Part shown: piece by piece, positions 53,798 through 64,000 of the stretch
How positions within the stretch are numbered: position 1 is the stretch's first letter
Layout: each line of letters begins with the position of its first letter
Source of the DNA: Octopus sinensis
Lineage: Eukaryota
DNA length: 64,000 bases
Direction of reading: 5' to 3'
NCBI RefSeq assembly: GCF_006345805.1
Contig: NC_043010.1
Coordinates: 7,254,001 to 7,318,000, forward strand
Position numbers and translations under genes: made by a program
Notes under the pieces: generated by a model
What the model saw: only the letters and a program-made list of their open reading frames with translations
Databases searched by the model: none
Told to the model about the DNA's origin: nothing

Positions 53798-55233
53798 TGC
53801 TGTTTTAATTGATTGTTATTAGTTATTCTGGAAATAATATGAATGCATGTGTGAAAAGAAAAGAAAGAGAACACTTTGCTGAAAATCAAGGAAAAGAAGG
53901 ATTTATTAAGGCCTGAATATATGACTACAAACATAGATAACAAAACTCATCTAGATGACATCTGCGCAATTATATGTAGATGTATTTCATAAATGATTAA
54001 AGCTGAATTGAAACATCTATTATGAGATGGTCAATTAGGATTTTTCAAAGTAGCTAGTTTATTGCTATTGTGTTGCTACAGATATGTATGTGTATGCCTG
54101 CATATGTAATGGACTTTCACATTATACATTCATTAAGACATCATAAATCATATCAGATATCATTTACTGAATAAGGAATCATGAAGCTTCTATTCTCTTC
54201 TATATTTGTATCCATCTTAAATCTTTGAATATTTGTAGTTAGGGTGAAAGAGTCATTAGGAATTTGATTTCATTGGTTGTTGTTGTTGTTGTTGTTGTTA
54301 TACCGAGGAAAAAGGAAGAGGAGATAGAGGAAGAAATGTGTTAGAGTAGCAAACTGGAAATGGTAATAAAGAGGAGTTGGTGGAAGTATCATTGCACATT
54401 AACTGAAGAGAAACTAATATGAAATTAGAAAAGACAATCTATGTAAGAACGACAAGAATATAGGAAATAGATGCAATTTTCTTATGGCTTAAACATTACC
54501 TTAATGCTTATCAATAAATTTAAAATGCAATTTGGAAAGTTTCTAAAGTGTGGGTCTTAGGATAATAGAATTAAAATAGTATATATTAAGCGTGTAAAGC
54601 ATTTAACAAAAAGAAAATTAGAAATCATTTTAGTCTAGCTGGCAAATATTCTGATAAATTTATTGAAGTATCTGTGAGAAACTATTTCATTGTGCACTGA
54701 AGGAAAATTCCCCATATTACACAAAATGTATTTCATAAATAATGATATACTTCTGAAATATGTGTATCAGACTAAAAGGGCCTGTAAACTCGGGAGTTTT
54801 GCTCTCATGATATTAATGCTTTAAAATCTAAAAGGAATCTCAAAAGGTTAGATCATTTGAGCTTTGTGAGTATAACAGATATGGCTAGGTTTGCTTGAAA
54901 GGATGTAATTATGGTTTACTATCAGTATGGGCTGCATATTGTCTGAATTTCTATGCAATGTAATGTTGAAATGATTCAGAAGCAATGGTGATGAGTTAGC
55001 TATTGTTGTTCAACATGTGGAAAATGGTTTCAGATTTACATGTTAAATATGTTAAATAAGAGGGAGGAAAATATACACACAAACATGTATTTATGATTAA
55101 AACAAATACAATGGATAATGTTTAATGAACAATGGTCCTTCATGAAAACAAAGAGATATACTATGCTTTTGGTAAAATTATCATGCTATATGACTGTAAA
55201 CTAAGATTGACAGAGAGTGAATATAATTGAATA

Positions 55234-55635
55234 TACTCTTTTACTCTTTTACTTGTTTCAGTCATTTGACTGCGGCCATGCTGGAGCACAGCCTTTAATC
55301 GAGCAACTCGACCCCGGGACTTATTCTTTGTAAGCCCAGTACTTATTCTATCGGTCTCTTTAGCCGAACCACTAAGTGATGGGGATGTAAACACACCAGC
55401 ATCAGTTGTCGAGCGATGTTGGTGAGACAAACACAGACACACAAACACATACATACATGCATACATATTTACGACAGGCTTCTTTCAGTTTCCGTCTACC
55501 AAATCCACTCACAAGGCTTTGGTCGGCCCAAGGCTATAGTAGAAGACACTTGCCCAAGGTGTCATGCAGTGGGACTGAACCCGGAACCATGTGGTTGGTA
55601 AGCAAGCTACTTACCACGCAGCCACTCCTGCGCCT
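55234..55635 (-). mobile_element. SINE family A, full length
   Basis: Matches family A. Confidence 0.92.
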
Positions 55636-58092
55636 ATAGATAGCTAATCATTTACACATGAAAGATAAATTAAGTTCAATCAAGATTACTTCATACATTT
55701 ATACAGAGGACAGACAGCCTGTTATTTTATGCAGGTATTGGGTCTTAGATTCTAGTTTTACAATGGTTTTCGTATTGCATTATAATTTTGCCAATAATCT
55801 CTTACCCTCTTTGAATCCTTTAATCCATGTGGTTAACAACTAAAGCAAAGTTCCATTTTGGTCAGATTCAAAGTCCATCAAAGACCATCAAGTAGAGTAA
55901 TATTTGAAGTAAATGTAAACTGAATTGTTAATATTTAATTTATTTCTTAATGCTGTTTAAATCAGAACCGTATACCTGATAGAATCAAGCCTTTAGTCTA
56001 TTATTTAGGACTTATTGTTGATGGTAATGTATTTGTCCTCTTATATACTAATGTGTTTTTTAATATAGATTATTGAAATTGTAGTTCTCTTCTATTCCTA
56101 TTTATGTATGTTTAGAAAAACAATAACTTCTTTTTAAAACATTAATGAATCAGAAAATAGTTAGCAAAAGACTTTGTGTGGTACGTATGCATACCCCATA
56201 AAATATTTACTCCACAACTGTAATAACCTTTTCTGAAATCTATTATGTTTCTTTCCTCTCTGAATTAATTTTATATACAAACAATAAATTATTCCATTTC
56301 CTTAGATTTATAAAAATTCCTAACAACAATAAATATTTTTACTGTGTATTTTCTTCTTGAAAATCTAAAATATTTAAAAACAGCTGCTTTGGGATTATAT
56401 GTACGAATAAGTAAATAATGGTTTTATGTTGGTTTTTTTTTTCTTTCTGATCAGTAATGTCTACATCCATTTACTTTATTCTTTATTACATTTAAATTCT
56501 TGCTTTTAGTTTTGTTAAAGTCTTTACAACAGGGACATATGTTAATTGCATCCATTATCTTAGAATAATGCTTTATTAATGTCTTTCAGTAGGTTATAGA
56601 TTTTTCAAGCTAAAGCCATTTTATTTCCTTTCATTTACCAGTAAACATTACAGGCTTTTGAGTTTTAGTCAAGGAAGTAATGCATTCTATATTGTACATT
56701 ATATAAAGTTGTAACTATTGAAAAAAAAAACAAAACTATTCAATAATAATCATAAGTTTTATGTTTCCAGGAAATTAAAAATTATTTTTACAAATGCTAT
56801 GCCAGTTTCAGATTCTGTATTTTAGTTACAATCAAAATCACATGTTGCCAACGTAAAATGTTGCAGTATTAAGATAACTTTGCCCGACAGATTACAAACT
56901 TCTGGACACATGTGAATGAGAACAGTTGCAGGGAAAATTTAACTCTAGGAGGAATTGAAATTCTTTAAGAGTTGAAATTCTTTAAGAGGAAGTCAATTGG
57001 AAACGTTCCTTGCTGTGTGGAGGGCAACATATCAAAGAATAGAACTCATTTCCCTTACATGTCATAAAAGATGATTTAAAGAGATTGAGGTAGGATTTGC
57101 TCTCTGGCCTCATTAAACCCTTGCCAGCAATTACTACCCAAACTGATACATGGGTTGGAAGGCTGTCACCTAAGTGGGGCAAAGGTGTCATCCAGCAGGC
57201 ATTGAGAATCACTAACAACAGTGATATGCTGTTACAGCACATGGCCCATACTACTACCACCACCACTACCACCACCACCACTACCACTACTACCACTACT
57301 ACTACTACTAACATAAATTTTAAGCCATACTTACAGGATGATATCATTGGCTGTTGCAAGTTACCTAGCTATAGGTTCAAAATTTTTAATTCAGTTTTAT
57401 TTCATTAGAATATTTATTCATATGGTCATTTAATTAAACTGAATCTGCTGCAATATTACACATCTTAGAATGTCCTTTACAATATCGTCATCAGTTATAT
57501 TTATTAAAACTAAGCAGGATTCATAATGTTTCTGTCAAATCATTTTGATGACATCATTAAATTCAACTCTGTGGCAAGTAACCTTAGAAATCAGGTTCCA
57601 GTCAAATAAACTATGTTGAGATCTGACAAAATTCACTGTAATTCTTTTTACCAACAACACCAAAGAATACCAAACATTAGTGACTATCATATTCAAGAAT
57701 ATAAGATATGGTATTATACAAAGTATCAAAATGCTAAGAATTACCTACAACACTTCTACAACATTCACAGCACATAAACAAGACGTAGTAAAAATAAATT
57801 AAAGCTTAAGCACTCAAATATCACACATTTTGTTAGCACAAAAGAAACACTAACACTAATATACAAAGAATAAGAATATATTGAGTATTAAGTCAATTGG
57901 TGAGTGTGCCAGTCGTGCCTGGAGCCTATACATTCTACAGAAAAAAACCCCAGCAAAAACCAAGAAACCACGTGGTTTGCATTATCAGGAACCCATGTAA
58001 AAAGAAAGTCTCTTGCTGTTGCTGCTGTGAGCTCCAAGCCACACAGTCACTCTTATGACATGTTCAACCACCTCTAAATAACCTGACACATC

Positions 58093-58306
58093 TATGAGGG
58101 CGTGCTGAAAAGTTCCAAGCTTTAAGGATATTGTGAAAGGTCTGGTTGGAGGTCCAACCATTTGAGTTCTTTTATGGGGCTTAGAAAAACTGAAAGACTT
58201 TTACAACAAGTGTGTAAATCTGAGAGGGGGAGTATGCTGAATAAAATTACTATCAACTCCTGCATTTTTTTAACCCAAAGTCAAGAATTTTCAGCACCCC
58301 TTCTTA
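58093..58306 (+). mobile_element. Mariner-derived MITE
   Basis: TIR-like ends TATGAGGGCGTGCTGAAAAGTTC / GAATTTTCAGCACCCCTTCTTA; retains a transposase C-terminal remnant (NKCVNLRG..YAE*). Confidence 0.75.
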
Positions 58307-59053
58307 CAGCATTTTGCAACACTGTGATAACCATCATTCTAAGAACACTATTCTCCCTTTTAAGAGCAGACAAAGAACATACATATAAAAAATAACAACA
58401 TTAATATCATAGGTTGTCGATATAAGTAGTGTTGTTATGCACATTAGTGGTGACAATTGCTGATGAACATTTTGTCAACCATTGTCTTGGCCACTACCAG
58501 ATTATATTGGTTAGCAACATAGCTAACCAATGGAGGATCCTCGAAGAGGTTGCTCAAATGTGGAAACGTGGGAAAAATAGTAATGTGTTACACTAATAGT
58601 ATTTAGTCATGACAGTGTACATTTGAATTCATAGACCACTAAAGTCCTTTTATCTATTTGGTAATGATAAAATAAGGAACAGTAAAGTAGTTGACTTGAT
58701 TAAATTAACTAGGCACTCCTACAAAAGATATTACCATGTACTTAAATCAGGAAACATGGCTTAGTCATGTCTCACATTGTGTTCTGATTTCAAATTGTAA
58801 TCTTGTTCGTAATGGCTAAAATAAAGAACTAGTAAGTTACTACAGTTAAATCAAGTGACTATTCTTTAGCCCTACAAATATATGAAACATGTAATAACAA
58901 AAGAGATTAATATTAAGCTTATATCTAAGGTGTCTAGGATTGGACTGAAATAAGTAGAATTTTCAGTTGAGTAGGGAAAATGAATTGTTAGGGTAAGCTT
59001 GATATGGCCTCATTGTTGATGAGATGAAATGAGTTCCCTAAATTACAACATAT

Positions 59054-59471
59054 AGGCGCAGGAGTGGCTGTGTGGTAAGTATCTTGCTAACCAACCACAT
59101 GGTTCTGGGTTCAGTCCCACTGCGTGGCACCTTGGGCAAGTGTCTTCTGCTATAGCCCCGGGCCGACCAATGCCTTGTGAGTGGATTTGGTAGACGGAAA
59201 CTGAAAGAAGCCTGTCGTATATATGTATATATATATATATGTATATGTGTGCGTGTGTGTTAGTATGTCTGTGTTTGTCCCCCTAGCATTGCTTGACAAC
59301 CAATGCTGGTGTATTTACGTCCCCGTCACTTAGCGGTTCGGCAAAAGAGACCGATAGAATAAGTACTGGGCTTACAAAGAATAAGTCCCGGGGTTGATTT
59401 GCTCGACTAAAGGCGGTGCTCCAGCATGGCCACAGTCAAATGACTGAAACAAGTAAAAGAGTAAAAGAGTA
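59054..59471 (+). mobile_element. SINE family A, full length
   Basis: Matches family A. Confidence 0.92.
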
Positions 59472-59479
59472 TATCACCA

Positions 59480-59905
59480 ATCAACACAATCCTTTGTCTT
59501 CTCCTCTGTGAGACTCAACATCTTGAGATTGATTTTCACAACTTCATCCCATGTTTTCTTGAGTTTCCTTCCATCACAGGTTCCATCCACATATAACAAT
59601 CAGCACTTCTTTATGCAGATGTCTTCATCCATTTCCCTCAACACATATTTCTCTCTTACATGCTACATCTGATGCTTCTTATGCTCAATGTTTCTCTCAA
59701 CACATTTGAAATTTGTAACACAAGCACATCCAGCAGAGCATGGTAGCTCCAGCTATTTCTAGTCTTTGCATGTACTCTGCATTCACACCCCAAGTTTCAC
59801 AACCATGTAGCGTTGCAATTCATCCCCATGTGTCATATGATCTGCCTTTCACTCCGAGAGAGAAGCTTTCTATAACTAACAGAAGTAACAGCTCATTGAA
59901 CTTTA
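59480..59905 (-). mobile_element. RTE-clade LINE, 3' ORF remnant
   Basis: KFNELLLLLVIESFSLGVKGRSYD...LHGCETWGVNAEYMQRLE...MLCWMC...GRKLKKTWDEVVK, matching the RTE C-terminal pattern (LYGSETW...MLRW...GRPRKTW). Confidence 0.85.
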
Positions 59906-60139
59906 GTCAGTCAGTTCGTCTTACACACACACACACACAAACACATGGATATAAATATATATAATAAAATTTGCTGAGTATGATAAATGCATATACATAC
60001 ATATATAATTTGTCACACTGAGCAAATTTTATAATATATATATGTAGTACTCTCCTAGATTTCATTGAGTCCATTTCCATATCTATAGTTTTGTTATTCC
60101 AATAATAACCATGAACAGAGCTACATATATGATCATGCC

Positions 60140-60240
60140 AATACATACATATATATACACACACACACATATTTGTGCATATAGATTTTCTATATACATA
60201 AGTATGCATGAATATGTATGTATATCTATCTATATATATT

Positions 60241-60286
<46 letters not shown>

Positions 60287-60350
60287 CACGTATGTATGCA
60301 TGTAAGTATGTATGATATATATATATATGTAAGTATGCATGTATGAATAT

Positions 60351-60383
<33 letters not shown>

Positions 60384-60454
60384 CATATATATATATACAC
60401 GTATGTATGTAAGTATGTATGAATATATATATATATGTAAGTATGCATGTATGA

Positions 60455-60487
<33 letters not shown>

Positions 60488-60590
60488 TATGTATGTAAGT
60501 ATGTATGAATATATATATATGTATGTATGTATGAATATTATATATATATATATGTATATATATATGTATATATATGTTTATATATATATT

Positions 60591-60657
<67 letters not shown>

Positions 60658-60735
60658 TGTATGTAGTATGTATGTATGTATGTATGTATGTATGTATGTA
60701 TGTATGCATGTATGTATGTATGTATATACATATAT
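60140..60735. repeat. (TA)n/(TATG)n microsatellite block
   Basis: Direct inspection. Confidence 0.93.
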
Positions 60736-61427
60736 GGAGATTTTCAGACAAATAAATGAATTAATGCATACATGAAAACATTGAAAAGAACTGCACTGAA
60801 TAGAAAAACAGACCATAAACTGAAGACTTCTCACAGACTTGCCAATACTGTTAAAGCTATGGATATTAATTCTCTGTATTTGAAAATTAGTGCTACCATG
60901 ATTTCTTCACAAAATATCATAATGTAATTTATACTGGCAGCTTATTAAAAATTTTTCCTTTGAAAGTAATTTTGTGTGCACATATGCTTATGTATATACA
61001 TAAGTGTGCAACTATATATATATTTGTGTTCAAATGTCCATAAGTCTGTGTGTGAATGTGTATGTGTTTGTATATCTGTGTGTGTGTGTGTGTGTGTGTT
61101 TCTATGCATCCTATTTTTGTATGTAAATGCAACAAAATATTTATGAATGTAAATTAAGATTCTTTGGATATGCATGTAGAGAATCATATATTTAACTACT
61201 TATATTATCTACACACAAACTTTCATGTGTATACATATACATAAATATATATATATATATATATATACATATGGTTATAGACACACACACACATATATAT
61301 ATATACATATATAAATATGCATGTACATCTACATTTATACATTTATATACACGTATATATGTATTTATGTATCGATCTAGCTCTCTCCCTCCCTCTCTCT
61401 CCCTCTCTCCCTCTCTATCTATCCCTG

Positions 61428-61543
61428 TTTATCGCCTGACGCGATACATCTGCACTGCCAGATGCTCCGGAACCAGTTGTTGAGCGTCCCATCCCAGAGG
61501 GATCGATGCTAGATGTGTCGAAACAATTGTCGTGATTCATAAA
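61428..61543 (+). ncRNA. Type I hammerhead-like motif with branched stem II (core position 9 is C, not A)
   Basis: ATCGC CTGACGC GATACATCT...AGATGTGTC GAAAC AATT GTC GTGAT; predicted cleavage after 61531. Confidence 0.6.
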
Positions 61544-61577
61544 TTCTCATATATTCCATCTTCAGTCTTTCATTTGC

Positions 61578-61940
<363 letters not shown>

Positions 61941-62266
61941 GATGGTTGATGATACTTTCCATCATTTGACAATGAGTACTCAGTTTTTTAGTCAACTAAT
62001 TTACCTGCTCCTCAATTAACATGTGAGCAGCTGAACATTCCACAAACGAGTACACACTTAATATAATCCGTTGGTAGAACCAGCATAATGTAGTGAGATA
62101 AGGCCATGCCTTTTAAATAAAGCCAGTTAATATCCACACAATTCTCATCAATCCAGTTTCACTCACAAGGTGTCAGTCATCCTCAGACTATGCAAAAAAA
62201 CAAACCAGCACCAATTACCAAACAAAGGAGGGAAGGTTAGTACACACACACACAAACACATACAAT

Positions 62267-62409
62267 GGGCTTCTTTCAGTTTCCGTCTACCTAATCCACT
62301 TATATGGCTTTGATTGACATGAGACTATAGCAGAAGACATTTGCCCAAGGTACTATGCAGTGAGACTGAAGACGTAACCATTTGGTTGAAAAGCAAGCTT
62401 CTTACCACA
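62267..62409 (-). mobile_element. Diverged SINE A 5' fragment
   Basis: GGCTTCTTTCAGTTTCCGTCTACC...TTGCCCAAGG...CTTACCAC. Confidence 0.75.
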
Positions 62410-62429
62410 AACATATATATGTATATATA

Positions 62430-62480
<51 letters not shown>

Positions 62481-62646
62481 AGTTCTAGTCCTGTAGAAGC
62501 TCCTTCTATAAAATAAAAAATATATATATATATATATATTTATATATGCAGATAGATATATATATATATAGATAGATAGATAGCTAGATAGATAGACAGA
62601 TAGATAGATATACATACACATATATACATACACATATATATATATT

Positions 62647-62692
<46 letters not shown>

Positions 62693-62701
62693 TATACATA
62701 T

Positions 62702-62749
<48 letters not shown>

Positions 62750-63694
62750 CTGAGAAAGACTTACACACACTGCACATAAAACTATACCATCTGAGTGGTT
62801 AGTGTTTCTATGTGTAAATGCATTTTTAATGCGTTCATGTGTTTATATTATACATGGTATATTGAAAGGTTTCCTGTTCTCTTAAACTCTGTTAAAATCA
62901 GTACAGTAAGTGTATGTTTTTAGAAATATCATTATATCAATCCCTATTAAACCTTCATCATTGTATATACACTCATACAAACATGTGCATACATCACATG
63001 CACCTACACACATAAGTACACACATATGTATATGTGTGTGTATATGATTATATATATGTCTATATCAATATAGTCTACTGTATATTGCTATATCTATCTA
63101 TCTCTCCATGCATTTATACATACATATGTATATGTGTGTGTATATGATTATATATATATATATATATATATGATAATGATGATGATGATGATGATGATGA
63201 TATATATATATATATATATATAAACACACATATATATATATGACATTGCACACACACACATATATATATGCAAGTGTTCAGCCAGATGCAGATATATACA
63301 CACATGAACACAGACATGCATATTCATACATGGACACAATTACTTGTATTACAGTAAGTGTGTATTTGATAAATTGGCAGTGGAAATGATAATATCTATA
63401 ATGTAAATCTTTATAATATTGCGGCAAATTTTCGAATGACAGGATGTAATAATAATTGGTTTAAATACAGAGAGATTAAGAGAGGAAGTAGGAAAGAAAG
63501 TGTGTGAAAGAGAGAGAGAGAGAGTGAGAGAGAGTGAGAGAGTAAGAGTAGAAGAGAGAAAGGGATAGAGAGGAGGAGCTGAATGAGAGAGAGAGACACA
63601 CACACACACCACACACGCTGCTAGAAATTTATGTCAATAAATATGCATAGACAGGTATGGACATATATTTTTATAGTAATTCCTACAGAAATAT

Positions 63695-63819
63695 TATATA
63701 TATATCTATATCTATCTATTTGTCTATCTATTTATCTATCTATCTATCTACCTACCTACCTACCTACCTACCTACCTACCTACCTACCTACCTACCTACC
63801 TACCTATCTATCTATCTAC

Positions 63820-63897
<78 letters not shown>

Positions 63898-64000
63898 GTG
63901 TGTATATATATGTGTGTGTATGTGTGTGCACATACATATATACATGAGAGATAGAGAGAGATAGAGAGAGAGAGAGTGTGTGTGTATGTGTGTTTGTGTG
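63695..64000. repeat. (CTAT)n/(CTAC)n/(GA)n/(TG)n microsatellite
   Basis: Direct inspection. Confidence 0.95.

Overview
AT-rich, microsatellite-dense eukaryotic genomic DNA, most likely from an octopus (coleoid cephalopod), inferred from the protocadherin type and the SINE families. The only well-supported protein-coding feature is a protocadherin on the minus strand. One large exon (about 37979-35554) encodes a signal peptide, six cadherin repeats, a transmembrane helix and the start of the cytoplasmic tail, and ends at a GTAAGT donor. The rest is intron or intergenic DNA filled with at least five SINE-like families, mariner remnants and MITEs, two small Helitrons, a piggyBac-like MITE, RTE and Penelope remnants, fold-back palindromes and simple repeats. 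Most ORFs in the supplied track are microsatellite or SINE artefacts. The most interesting signals are several type I hammerhead-ribozyme-like motifs sitting in short islands between (TA)n tracts (42518-42615, its duplicate 43700-43798, 61428-61543, plus degenerate copies), an amplified mariner derivative built from two inverted 5' ends, long near-perfect hairpins near the protocadherin exon, and a degenerate Ca2+-binding EC3-EC4 linker. All structures were read by eye; no searches or folding programs were run.
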